Assembly (NCBI GenBank): GCA_951406725.2
Contig: OX597839.1
Coordinates: forward strand, 22,878,001 to 22,942,000
Direction: 5' to 3'
Origin: Octopus vulgaris
Taxonomy: Eukaryota
Length of the DNA stretch: 64,000 bases
This document shows positions 1 through 11,842 of this stretch, one piece after another. Made by a program: the position numbers and the translations under genes. How positions within the stretch are numbered: the first letter of the stretch is position 1; the number at the start of each line of letters is the position of its first letter. Below the pieces are notes generated by a model. It worked only from the letters and a program-made list of their open reading frames with translations, had not been told where the DNA came from and did no database searches.

Positions 1-9
1 ATTTATGTT

Positions 10-20
10 TATACATGTAT

Positions 21-61
<41 letters not shown>

Positions 62-230
62 CACACACACACATATGCACATGCATATATATGTATACAC
101 ACACATATACATACGTATATATAGACACATACAATATATATATATATACACATATGTATATACGCAAATGTATACATATATGTATGTATACAGACATGTG
201 TGTAATATTATATATACACACACACATATG
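10..230. repeat. (TA)n/(CA)n/(TACA)n compound microsatellite
   Basis: Directly visible dinucleotide runs; the YIYI/HTHT ORFs here are artefacts. Confidence 0.95.
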
Positions 231-234
231 TAAC

Positions 235-355
235 TGGCATCTATCTGTTACAATGATGAGTGTTTCAATCGATTCAATCAACAGAACAGTTTGCTTATGA
301 AATTTGCATACAAGTGGCTGAGTACTCCACAGACATGCATACCCTTAATGTAGTT
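235..355 (-). mobile_element. Old SINE fragment (family D)
   Basis: Shares CAAGTGGCTGAGTACTCCA and flanks with copies at ~26085-26440, ~43935-44180 and, inverted, ~48955-49245. Confidence 0.6.
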
Positions 356-611
356 GATCCAGATCTCATTATAGAATGACAACAGTAACTGCTCTGTTGT
401 GATTCTTAACCTTTCTGTTACCACATTTCTTTTGAATTACACTTTCTTCATTTCAATTAGTTTTGAAAATAATGAAGAATTTAGGGATCTTTTCCTTTTG
501 AACGGCACTTTTCAACACAACTTCTAGTTAACTAAACTTCGTATGCTGGTAGAATGTGTTTATAAAACATCATATATCTAATATATATATATATATAGAT
601 AGATAGATATA

Positions 612-775
612 GGCACAAGAGTCACTGTGTGGTAAGAAGCTTGCTTTCCAACCACATGGTTCCAGGCTCAGTCCCACTGCGTGGCATCTTGGGCAAGTAT
701 CTTCTACTATAGCCTCAACCCAACCAAAGCCTTCAGAGTGGATCTGGTAAACAGAAACTGAAAGAAACCCATCAT
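612..775 (+). mobile_element. tRNA-derived CORE-like SINE (family A), 5' half
   Basis: tRNA-like head (TGTGTGGTAAG...TCAGTCCC) followed by CTTGGGCAAGT; matches full copies such as 23602-24032. Confidence 0.85.
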
Positions 776-850
776 ATGTGTGTGTGTGTGTGTGTATATA
801 CATACACATACACACACACATATATATTATGTCAGGTCACTTTCGAGTGC

Positions 851-1006
851 TAGATTGAAATGCAATAGATCGATACTAGGGCCATAATTATGGGTGACAT
901 TTTCATTTGACACCGCTAGAAAAAAATCCCATTTTCCATAGTGGTGTCGTATGAAATTGTCACCCATAATTATGGTCCTAGTATCAATCTATTGCATTTC
1001 AATCTA
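851..1006. repeat. Inverted repeat, ~68-bp arms with 20-nt spacer
   Basis: TAGATTGAAATGCAATAGATCGATACTAGGGCCATAATTATGGGTGACA... (851-918) is the reverse complement, with few mismatches, of 939-1006. Confidence 0.9.
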
Positions 1007-1734
1007 TTTTAGACTTAGGGTGAGAGTTAGGGTTAGGTTTAGGAGTGGGAGAAGGGTATCTTTTTTCTTCACAAATGTAAATAAACCCAATCTGTTTCTT
1101 AAAGGAGGGACATATTCATTATGCACAGAATGTTATTTACCTAAATGGACTCCAGCGATTGGTTAAAATTGCCGAAATGCTCGAAATTAAAGATGAAATA
1201 TGTTACAACCTATAGAATTTTCTCAATATAACAAAATATTTAATAAAGTAAATCACACACACGCACATATATATATATATGTGTACACACACGTTTATGG
1301 TTCTCAGTTTTATCTTGGCAGGGATATGACAACCTCTCCATCATCCATTCAACAAGGCAGAGGGTTAAATCCGGGGGTCCTAAAGAATTTAAACTTTTCA
1401 ATAAACTTGGCACTATTCTGCAGAAATAAGTTTATTGGAAGAGTGGAATTTGGCTGCTATTTCTGCTTGACATGGTCCATATAATGCCATAACCAGTGAA
1501 AGAGATTTCCAAGTATTCACTCGGCCAATTTTGGCAGCATCAGCAGTATGAGTTTGTGATGGTTATTGGAATAATGGCTAAATCTACTCCAGTGAATTGT
1601 CATCTGAGAACCATTACAGCGTCAGGCTTGCTCTTGTATTCCACTCCCACGGAATTGCCATAAATTAAAGATCAGATCAATAACTGTCAATATAAGGATC
1701 AGAATGCCTGATATTGATGATAATGTCGATACGT

Positions 1735-1980
1735 TAACCCTAATCTGACTGAATTTCTATTGAAATTCTTTGTGTTTCAATTAATTTTCACAAATAATCA
1801 ACAATGTCGATGGAATCAGTGAAGTTGCAAACATTCTCCCTTATTCTGCAGGTGTTGGCAGATAATAAGGAATGGAAAGGGTTCTTGCGTAAAATTACAA
1901 CAGCGAATTATAATTTAAATATGAATACTAAGTTATAGAATCCAAGGTGGCCTTATCCAGATTAACAGTGAAAAGGTTTA
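1735..1980. mobile_element. Degenerate piggyBac-like MITE
   Basis: Starts TTAACCC and ends AAAAGGTTTA; internal CAATTAATTTT..AAATAAT is shared with copies at ~408-480, ~12415-12595 and 15183-15686. Confidence 0.45.
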
Positions 1981-2210
1981 TTCTTTATTCTTTTACTTGT
2001 TTCAGTTATTTTGACTTTGGCCAAGCTGGAGCACTGCCTTGAAGGGTTTTAGTTGAACAAACTGACCCCAGGACTTATTCTTTAAAGCCTAGTACTTATT
2101 CTGTCGGCCTCTTTTGTCGAATTGCTAAGTTATGGGGATGCAAACACACCAACACCAGTTGTCAAGTGGTAAGGGGGGGTAAACAAACACAGACACAAAG
2201 ACACACACAC
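1981..2210 (-). mobile_element. SINE family A, 3' half
   Basis: CTTTTACTTGTTTCAGT...GCTGGAGCAC tail matches other family A copies. Confidence 0.85.
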
Positions 2211-2264
<54 letters not shown>

Positions 2265-2268
<4 letters not shown>

Positions 2269-2480
2269 CTTTACTACCCACAAGGGGCTAAACACAGAGG
2301 GGACAAACAAGGGATTAGGTCGATTACATCGACCCCAGTGCGTAACTGGTACTTAATTTATCGACCCCGAAAGGATGAAAGGCAAAGTCGACCTCGGCGG
2401 AATTTGAACTCGGAACGTAACAACAGACGAAATATGGCTACGCAGGTCGCCCAGTGTGCTAACGTTTCTGCCAGCTCGCC
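2265..2480 (-). mobile_element. tRNA-derived SINE family B (Meta-like central domain)
   Basis: Reverse complement reads GGCGAGCTGGCAGAAACGTTAGCAC...GAGTTCAAATTCCGCCGAGGTCGACTTTGCCTTTCATCCTTTCGGGGTCGATAAATTAAGTACCAG. Confidence 0.85.
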
Positions 2481-2515
<35 letters not shown>

Positions 2516-2954
2516 CACACTACAAGTATTAATTTTTGCCTCTTTTATAGAGACAAAAGGTTTTATAAGACTGCAAAAAAGAAATGCTCAAATATAATTG
2601 AAACAGAGATACAAAAAAAAAACATTGATCAGAGAACAAACATCAAATCTGAGTCAATGACTTTATCCATAACACCACACCTCCAAACATTTGATCTTAT
2701 CTAAATATTACCATGGTTCTTAAACACATAAAATATACATATATGAAAAACACAGATGGTAGCAATATATATGCAAATAAAAATACAGATATCTAGATCA
2801 GCCTATCAAGAAGGTATATACAATCAACTAAAAGTTCTAAAGCGTGTCATGTGACTAAAAATCTAAATATAATAAAACATCAATCAACTAAAAAAAAAAA
2901 ACAATATTCTTTCTCCACTCAAACAAAAAAAATATGTCAAAAAACCATGGTAGG

Positions 2955-3181
2955 TTGGTGGCAGAAACGTTAGCACGCCGGGCGAAATGCTTAGTGGTAT
3001 TTTGTCAGCAGTTACGTTGTGAGTTCAAATTCCGCCGAAGTCAACTTTGCCTTTCATCCTTTCGGGGTCGATAAATTAAGTACCAGTTACGCACTGGGGT
3101 CGATGTAATCGACTTAATACCTAAGTCTGTCCTTGTTTGTCCCCCCTCAATGTTTAGCCCCTTGTGGGTAATAAAGAAATA
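2955..3181 (+). mobile_element. SINE family B
   Basis: Same sequence as 2265-2480 in the opposite orientation. Confidence 0.85.
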
Positions 3182-3999
3182 GGTTGGAGTCCAGGAGTGT
3201 AAAAGAGTTCCACAAAATCAAGTCAAATACATCTATGGCCATTTCGGGAGTTCATTGCTGTGGTTCGATTACAAGTTAAGGTGCATCTCAGCAATGACCC
3301 CTCTCATCAGGATGAATAGGAATCTCAACAAATTGTTTGTTCACAATGCTGCATGGCTAACTTAAAAATAACACCACATGGTTAAGTTAGAAATAACACC
3401 ACTACTGAGAGTAGGAAAACCGGGACAACGTTGCCAAGCAAACCCTGTTTTTCAATCAGTAAGACAGTATTACACAGGAGAGACTTGGCTGCTATTTCTA
3501 GCAGGCTGATCACATGGAACAATGATTCACAACCTTTGCAATATCAGGGGCTAAATTGAAAACCAAGAATTTTTTTTTTTCTTTAAGGGTCCACACCAAA
3601 TGGAAGTACAAGTTAATTAAAGAAAAATTCATTATATTTATAGAGGGCAAAATCATTGGGGGTCACCGGGAGGACACTCGAGGGCCACATGCATCCCTGG
3701 GGGCCACGACTGAGAGTGGCTGATTCAGATGCTTTCTCCTTGGTCCCTTTATTTACAGTTTGATACTGGAGGTTGAGGGAGGAAGAAAGGGAACTCCCTT
3801 TAAATCATCCTCAAATTTGTATTGATCATTGATCATTCAAGAGAAATCAATAAATCAAGACTAAGGAATGGTAAATCGGTTTTAGAATCTTTGATTCTTC
3901 AACATTTTCAATAAATCTAATCTTACTGCCCCTCCACCCATACCATTCCCCCTTTCCTTAAGATTAATAATCGCAATGATGATGACAATAATCTCTCCT

Positions 4000-4605
4000 G
4001 CTTCTTTTCCTTCACCTTCTTCTTTCTCCTTTCTTCTTCTTCTTTTTCTTCTTCTTCTCCTCCTCCTCTTTCTCCTCCTTTTCTCTTCCTTTCTTCTTCT
4101 TCTTCTTCTTCTTCTCCTCCTTTCTTCTTCTTCCTCCATTATAATTCCAACAGTGGTGGCAATGGTGGTGGCGGTGGCAGCGTAGGTAGTGGTGGTGACA
4201 GTGGTGGTGGTGGTGGTGGTGACAGTGGTGGTGGTGGTGACAGTGGTGGTGGTGGTGGCAGTGGCAGTGGTGGCGGCGGTGGCAGCGTTGGTAGTGGTGG
4301 TGACAGTGGTGGCAGCGTTGGTAGTGGTGGTGACAGTGGTGGCAGCGGTGGCAGCGTTGGTAGTGGTGGTGACAGTGGTGGTGGTGGTGATGGTGGTAGT
4401 GTTGGTGGGGGTGGTAGTGGTAACGGTGGTGATCATGATGACAACAACAACTATGATGATGATGATGATGACGATGGCTGTGGTGGTGGTGATGATTATG
4501 ATGATGGAAATGTTGCTGTTGCTGCTGTTGGCAGTGGTGATGGTGATGGTGGTGGTGGGTTGTTGTGGTGATTATAATGATGATGACGATGATGACGATG
4601 ACAGT
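4000..4605. repeat. (CTT/CCT)n followed by (GTG/GCA/GAT)n low-complexity tract
   Basis: Trinucleotide runs with a repeated variant unit GCAGCGTTGGTAGTGGTGGTGACAGTGGTG. Confidence 0.9.
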
Positions 4606-4768
4606 ATCAAAGATCTCCTCGTACTTCTAAAACACTTTGATTTTTACTTTCATTTGCAAAAAAAAAAAAAAAAAGTCTGAGAAATAAATTTTTTATGAAA
4701 TTGGTTTTTGCCAAATGAAGAAGTATTTCTGTCTGTAGACAATGGTTAAGGAATTTCCACTGAGTCTT

Positions 4769-4769
<1 letters not shown>

Positions 4770-4836
<67 letters not shown>
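4770..4836. repeat. (GA)n microsatellite
   Basis: Pure GA run. Confidence 0.97.
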
Positions 4837-4840
<4 letters not shown>

Positions 4841-5479
4841 GGAAGCGGTGGGGTTGGGGGTGTCAGTCAACCGAATAACAAGACATTTCAATTAGCGAGC
4901 CATGTGATGATAGGGTAACGATGGTTCACTTTGGAAAAGAATCACTTGTTGTGATGAAGCTAGGAGGAGGGGAGGGGGGGCGAGCTACATCAAGAGGAGG
5001 AGGAGAAGGAAAAAAGAAAGAGGAAAAGGGAAGCAGAGGAGGAGGAGGAGAAAAGATGAGGCAGAGGAAGAGGAAGAGGAGAAAAGAGAAGAAGGAAGAG
5101 GAGGAGGTAGAAGAGAAAAAGAGGAAAAAAATGAGGAGGAAGAGGATGAAAAAAAGAAGGAGAAGGAAAGGAAGAGAAAAGAGGAGGAGGAATTTTTCGT
5201 GATGGTAGTTTCCAAGGGAAGATCCTGCATCAGGCCTGGACAGTCTTTTTGCAAGAAGCAAGGCCACAAGAGATGCAGCTCCTCGTTAACAGGTGAAAAT
5301 CCACACTAATGAAGAGAATTGAAGGTAGTTTTTCATTAGGCATAACATTCAGAAAGCCACCCCCACCCACCATGGGGGCCATGACTGTGAAATATGACTA
5401 CCTGGCCTAGGGCTAAACAACAACAACAACTACAACAACAATAAAATATAAATCATATAACAACAATATAAAAGTCTCA

Positions 5480-5827
5480 CAGGTGTAGATGACCCCCAGC
5501 AGCATAGATGCCAGGACCCCTGGACTGGAGATACGTAGAAAGCACTATCCGAATCGTGGCCGAAGCCAGTGCCGCCTCGACTGGCTTCCGTGCAGGTGGC
5601 ACGTAAAATGCACCAATCCGACCGTGGCCGATGCCAGCCTCACCTGGCACCAGTGCAGGTGGCACGTAAAAAGCACCAACTACACTCACGGAGTGGTTGG
5701 CGTTAGGAAGGGCATCCAGCTGTAGAAACATTGCCAGATAAGACCGGAGCCTGGTGCAGCCTTCTGGCTTCCCAGATCCCCGGTCGAACCGTCCAACCCA
5801 TGCTAGCATGGAGAACGGACGTTAAAC

Positions 5828-5858
<31 letters not shown>
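5480..5858 (+). mobile_element. RTE LINE 3' UTR (5'-truncated) with (GAT)n tail
   Basis: Same sequence as the UTR that follows the RTE ORF remnant at 31225-31710; ends CCATGCTAGCATGG...AAAC(GAT)n. Confidence 0.8.
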
Positions 5859-6618
5859 TAAAGGACTGGAGCAAATGCAGCAAGACATTTTATTTGACAA
5901 TTTCTTACATTGGTAGGGAGGGTCACATATTTGTAGGGGGAGGGGTAGGAGCAGAGTTAAATGAATTGAACCCCACCACCATCACATCACTGGTAACCAT
6001 GTTATCAACATTCACCAGTGGACACCTGTCTGGGTCCAATCTCAACTTTCCCCTACAATGACTCAAACATCAATTTGAAGAAAAATAAAACCCCTTTTTT
6101 GTTTCCACTCTATTAACAGAAAGGAATATGTTGGATGGGTATACATGCACTTATATACATGTTTTATGCATATCATCATAATCATCATCATTTAACATCC
6201 GTTTTTTCATGCTGGCATGGGTTAGACTGTTTGCTAGGAGGTGCCCTGGTTCCAATTCTCTGCTCTGGTATGGTTCCTACAACTGGAAGCCCTTCCTAAC
6301 ACCAACCACTTTACAGAGAATACTGGGTGCTTTTTACGTGGCACCAGCAACAGAAGGGTCTTCAAGAAGCTTGCAAGATGAAATCCCATCAATGGTTGCG
6401 AAATGGGGAATTGTATTAAGGGAGGTGGCTTTGTACCAGTTGAGGAGAGGTTAAATGAATAATAGGGAGATAGAGAGATAGGTGGCGATAAAAGGATACC
6501 TGAGTTGGAAAAGAAAGGAGTGGAAAAGAGAATTAAAGAGAAAGATAGAAACACAGTTATAGAGAACACACACACACACACACATTATCTAAAAGGTACA
6601 GTATTAAATATCCATCAT

Positions 6619-6710
6619 GGCTGGTCTTACTAATCAGTTTCATGCAAAGAATACAATGGAGTGTTAGGTAACAATCCAATTATATAACTTTATGCTCATC
6701 AGAGTTAGCC
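6619..6710 (-). ncRNA. Type I hammerhead ribozyme motif (left arm of palindrome)
   Basis: Minus strand: GGCT-AACT-CTGATGA-GCATAAAG...CTTTGCAT-GAAAC-TGATTA-GTA-AGACC-AGCC. Core intact; stem II has two mismatches near the core. Confidence 0.7.
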
Positions 6711-6741
6711 AATATGGAAGGGATATATTCCCTTCTATATT

Positions 6742-6833
6742 GGCTAACTCTGATGAGTGTAAAGTTATATAATCGGTTTGTTACCTAACACTCCATTGTA
6801 TTCTTTACATGAAACCAATTGCTAAGGTGAGCC
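6742..6833 (+). ncRNA. Type I hammerhead ribozyme motif (right arm of palindrome)
   Basis: GGCT-AACT-CTGATGA(6750-6756)-GTGTAAAG...CTTTACAT-GAAAC(6811-6815)-CAATTG-CTA-AGGTG-AGCC. 8-bp stem II; stem III closing pair mutated. Confidence 0.7.
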
Positions 6834-6943
6834 ATGATGGATATTCAATACTATACATTTTGGATAATATAACCACTCTACTGACAGATATATGAGTGCA
6901 TCTTTTCCCTGATTTATAGTCTCTTAGACAATTCATGCATGTG

Positions 6944-6984
<41 letters not shown>

Positions 6985-7106
6985 CATTTATATTTCCTGA
7001 GCGCCATACTAATACAATTGTTTGTTTGTATTCCACCTGCCTTCGTCTTTTGTTTATTTCCGTAAACCTGCCTTTGTCTTTTGTCTATTTTCATAAAGCT
7101 TACCGT

Positions 7107-7140
<34 letters not shown>

Positions 7141-7148
7141 TATATACC

Positions 7149-7368
7149 CAGGGTGGTGCAAAAGTAGGTATACAGTTTTGAAAATAGAAAACATGTACAA
7201 TACTTATTTATTTTTATCGAAAAAATTAAAAGTTAGCCTCATTTGTGATATTTTCAGTGTCAATCATAATAATACATTTATCGTAACTTTTAACATTTTT
7301 TCATAAAAATAAATGAGTATTGTATGAGTTTTCATTTTTTTCTGTATACCTACTTTTGCACACCACTA
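7149..7368. mobile_element. Tc1/mariner-type MITE
   Basis: TIRs GTGCAAAAGTAGGTATACAG / CTGTATACCTACTTTTGCAC, sitting in TA-rich context. Confidence 0.8.
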
Positions 7369-7500
7369 TATATATAACACACACATGCACACACACACAC
7401 ATATTATTCATGTGGTGATAATTGTGTAGTCCCCACCACTAGATAGAACTGTTTAGGTGCCATATATACATACACACATACATATGTTTTATATATATAT

Positions 7501-7537
<37 letters not shown>

Positions 7538-7633
7538 CATATATATTATTGAATTATCAATAATTCTACAATCCCATGGTATCTTACATGTAATGTATGT
7601 ATATATACATACATACCTATGTACATACATATA

Positions 7634-7673
<40 letters not shown>

Positions 7674-8002
7674 CATACACACACATCATATGAACACCCC
7701 TACCCAATATTATAATTGTTAACATGCAATATCTACATATATGCACACACACCCACACGCATATACATCACATCACACACACACACACACACACTACATA
7801 ATAATTGCTAACATGCAATAATGTTGTTCCAATGTAAAGAATGTTCCGAGTTCGTCCGAGTTTTTTTTTTTTTTCCAATTTCGTTGATTCCTTCCTATAA
7901 GACTGCAGTATTTGAAGTGCGAAGAATTATTAACAATGGGCGTTATAAGATTAAAAATAATGAGTGTTTTTGATCTAAGGAATTAAATTTTCTTCCATGT
8001 GT

Positions 8003-8041
<39 letters not shown>

Positions 8042-8334
8042 CATGCTCACGCATTATTGAAATGTTCATAATTCTACACTCACCACCAGATCATAATATT
8101 CTTGCTTACATACAATAATGTTGCTGAAATGTAAAAAAATTCTTTGAACATATTCAAGATTTTTCTCCCCATAAAACTGAGGTAATTGAAGCATGGAGCA
8201 GACTTAACAAATCGCAAGGCTGACTTAACAGTATCATAAACCACTGGGCAATGCATTTTGGGCCCTTAGAAATACAACAGCAACATACATGGGTTAATAT
8301 TGGTGCCCCTAGATATGTAAGGCCCCCAAGATAA

Positions 8335-8795
8335 AGGGTAAAGAGTAAAGACCCCTTCTGTCATAAATGACCGTGAAATTGCACCGAGAAAATTCCCCTC
8401 TGAGGCACAAGTCTGGGCAAGGTTGTTTATGGAAGACCAGCAGTCACCCTTCTTCACACCATTATAGGTACATAGGGTAAAGAGGAATGACCCCCTTTGG
8501 TCATGAATGACCATGGGATTGCACCTGGAAAGTTCCCCTCTGAGGCACAAGTCTGGGCAAGGTTGTTTATGGAAGACCAGCAGCTGCCCGTGCATTCCAG
8601 CTTCCCCTCCTTTCCACATCACTGGTGTTACACAAGGGAAAGGCAAAGGGGCCAATACAGCTTGGCACCAGTGAGGTTGCAACTCATTTCTACAGATGAG
8701 TGAACTGGAGCAAAGTGAAATAAAGTGTCTTGCTCAAGAACACAACACACAGCCTGGTCTGGGATTAGAACTCACTACCTCACAGTTGCAAGCCT
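8335..8795 (-). mobile_element. SINE family C (V-like domain); one near-full copy plus a duplicated 3' part
   Basis: Reverse complement of the copies at 46617-46935, 54082-54427 and 57243-57582 (GTGTTCTTGAGCAAGACACTTTATTTCAC...). Confidence 0.85.
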
Positions 8796-8928
8796 TACAA
8801 TCTGCTGAGTTTATTTTAATGGCCTACCAATGTATAGTGTTGGGAGATACTCGGCCACAAATGGAATCAAAATTGAAAGAACAGGATAATGATGATGATG
8901 ATGACGATACTACTACTACTACTACTAC

Positions 8929-8994
<66 letters not shown>

Positions 8995-9446
8995 GACCAA
9001 AACAATAAAGTTTGCTTATTGATCGACATGAGCATCCCCTGTGATCATAATATCTCAGCGAAAGAGTTTGACAAGCTCAGAAAATATAAAGACCTACTCA
9101 TTGAAATTGAGAAAATGTGGCATCTCAAGGCGGTTACAATACCAGTGATCGTAGGAGCACTAGGAATGATCAAGAAGGGAACCGAAAATTATATGAGAAA
9201 AAGATTGTCTTAACTGGTACATCACACGTATTGAGAAGAGCATTGTCGATGTGAGAACTGTTGCTGCTCATTTATTTTAATTTAAATTAAAAAAAAAAAA
9301 AAAAAAAATGATCGAACTACTGAGTTTGGTTTAATGGCCTACCAATATACACTATGAGTTTCTTTGCCCTAGGAGTCGGGAAGACACTCGGCAAGAAATG
9401 GAAGAAAATTTGAAAGAAGAAAAAAAAAAGTAATAATAATAATAAT
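8995..9446 (+). mobile_element. R4/Dong-type non-LTR retrotransposon 3' remnant (restriction-like endonuclease region, 3' UTR, (AAT)n)
   Basis: Encodes LIDMSIPCDHNISAKEFDKLRKYKDLLIEIEKMWHLKAVTIPVIVGALG and, after a frameshift/deletion, KIVLTGTSHVLRRALSM*; a typical R4-clade REL C-terminus. Confidence 0.85.
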
Positions 9447-9447
9447 T

Positions 9448-9680
9448 CCCATAGTACTCATGGGAACTGCCCATATCCTACGAAAAAAATTGTCTAAGTA
9501 ATCTCAAATTTTAAAACAAACTCATAATTTTCTGTTTTCTTAAACATTCTTTTGAACAATACCATGGGCAAAACCAAATATATGACACCCCAGGCATAGC
9601 ACCAACATGAACTTCTAATTTGTTGTCTCTTGAGGTCTCTGGGTGAGACTTGCAGCTGACTTGTACAAAGCAAGTCAAAC

Positions 9681-9731
<51 letters not shown>
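9448..9731 (+). mobile_element. Second R4/Dong-type 3' end (different subfamily) with (AAT)n tail
   Basis: Encodes IVLMGTAHILRKKLSK*, then a UTR and (AAT)n. Confidence 0.75.
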
Positions 9732-9732
<1 letters not shown>

Positions 9733-9996
9733 TTTGTGGGTGGAGATAAGTTGATTACATTAAGCCCAGGTTTCCATTGGTAATTATTTTATTTATCCTG
9801 AAAGGATGAAAGACAAAGTCAACCTTAACGGAATTTGAATCCAGGAAGTAAAGATGGATGAAATGCTGTTCAGCATTTTGCCCTGTAGAACTCAGTGGAA
9901 ATTGAGCTGAAAATGTAGAGATGAATAAAATGTTTGTAAGCATTGTATCCAGCCAACAATTCTGTTAGCTCACTGCCTTAAATAATAATAATGATG

Positions 9997-10048
<52 letters not shown>

Positions 10049-10052
10049 AAAT

Positions 10053-10420
10053 AACTGAAGCATTCAGAGAGTGCAAACCTCCACCAAGGCAACACCAATG
10101 TCCTCTCAACGATTAGCCAGAGATGATTTTTAAAATGAGAATATCTGAAATAAACTCAACTGATCTCCCAAACACGAGAATAATAAAGATGAACCCGAAC
10201 CGCTCTCAAAGATTAAGCAAAAGAAAACAGGAAAAATAATCCAGAATCCTTGTCTGGTACCGGATCAATCCCAAAATCTAATCAGTTTGTGCCAGTCATG
10301 AGGTCAAAGTTTCATCCGAATCCATTCAGCAATTCTTGAGATACCTTGCCTGTGAACAAACTAATAAACAAACAAACATGACTGAAAACAACACCTCCAC
10401 CTTAGCGAAGGCGGAGCTAA
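10053..10420 (+). mobile_element. Non-autonomous Helentron-type (HINE-like) element
   Basis: Subterminal ACCTCCACCAAGG near the 5' end, (AAAC)n microsatellite and 3' hairpin CTCCACCTT-AGCG-AAGGCGGAG; lies within (AAT)n. Confidence 0.6.
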
Positions 10421-10931
10421 TAATAATAATAATAATAATAATATCAATTACAGGGCAATTTTGGAAATCATAACCACATATTTTATTACCTCAAATGGAT
10501 AATCAGTGAAGTTGACTCATGTAGGACTTGAACTCACAACACCTAGTCAACTATATTTATTGTGTGAACTTTAGAAGGTTAAATTCTAATTTCCTGAAAT
10601 TATTTCCTCTTTTCTTTGAGAGTCACAAACAATTACCGCTAGGTCTTTGTTTCTTTTTCTCTCAAACAAAATAAACAGATTATTTCAATTAATTAGGAAT
10701 TGCTTTCATTTGACATTTCAGTTGGGGAGTCATTAACTTAATTATACGTATAACTATGAGATAATATGTTCAAATACCAGACTGCCACTTCAGGGCTGAT
10801 ACCAACACCCAAATACATCCAAAGCAGTTTATAAAGGGATTGGTGTTAGGAAGGGCTTCAAGCTGTAGAAAGGCCCCCCACTCAAAATAGAATGTTTGGA
10901 GTGGGTTATGGCCCCCTCACTCATTTGTAGA

Positions 10932-11180
10932 GGTATGTGGGCTTAGTGGTTAGGGCTGTTGGACTCATGAATGTAAAATTGTGGTTTCAATTCCTGGACC
11001 AAGCAACACATTGTGATTTTGAGCTAAACACTTCATTTCACATTACTCAAGTCCACTGAGTTGGCAAAAATGAGTCAATCCTGTGATGGACTCATGTCCC
11101 GTCCAGGTGAGGAATGTATCTGCCATGGAAACCAGCTCTTATGAGCTGACATGACTTGAGAAGGTAACCTTTACCTTTTT
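10932..11180 (+). mobile_element. Old tRNA-derived SINE (family C-related)
   Basis: GGCTTAGTGGTTAGG...TTCAATTCC head; similar to 50455-50660. Confidence 0.65.
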
Positions 11181-11842
11181 CTCACTCATTTGGGAGATGA
11201 CCTTTAAATTTAGAACTCACACAGAGTACCAAAATCTGTCCAACTGACTTGGAAAGTGGACAGAAAAATGACATTAAGGTCTTGCTTGGATTAACACCAC
11301 CACATCAACTATAGAACTCAACATTTTAGAATTTAAGTCACCTAAGTCTACAGGGAACACCTCTGTCATGAGTATCTGAGCAAGAGAGTAACTTAGTGTT
11401 ATATTTTGGGATAAGTCTGTTTTCATTTTTTTTTTAATTGTCAAATAGACACGTACTGTATATTTGCTTTTTACTTACAGAACAGGAAGAGACACATGGG
11501 GGTGAGAGTTGCTGAAGAGGTCACAGAAAGGGTGATGAAAGATTTTCAGACAAAGGACATGAAATAAGAGCACTAATAAAATAAATTTGAAGATCGAGTA
11601 TTTAGTCCGTGTGCTTATTTGGCCAAAAAAAAAAAAGACCAAAAATGACAATCCGAAAATAAAACAATATCTGTTTCAGCCCACGGTTTCACATCAGGAA
11701 TTTTGCAACACAAATTCATAAACGTGATAACTTATTTCCTACTTTTTATCAATTTTTTAGAAGCTGTGAATTGGAAATGTGGAAAAAGAAGAAACAAACG
11801 GAAACATTCACACAACACTTAATAAATAAGAAGATCCCTTAC

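Larger units (their letters stand above)
6584..6868. repeat. 285-bp palindrome (about 140-bp arms, centre 6726)
   Basis: Arms are reverse complements around GAAGGGA-TATAT-TCCCTTC; many mismatches are TG/CA pairs consistent with CpG decay. Confidence 0.95.

Noticed and set aside
1832-1877. Small hairpin CCTTATTCTGC/GCAGATAATAAGG as a possible pre-miRNA
   Set aside because: Stem is short and bulged, and it lies inside a degenerate MITE.
7712-8210. Diverged local duplication (ATAATTG.TAACATGCAATA and downstream)
   Set aside because: Old low-identity duplication among microsatellites with no sign of function.
11481-11585. Plus-strand acceptor followed by a short ORF and AATAAA (possible terminal exon)
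   Set aside because: No homology or upstream exon support; such signals are common in AT-rich DNA.
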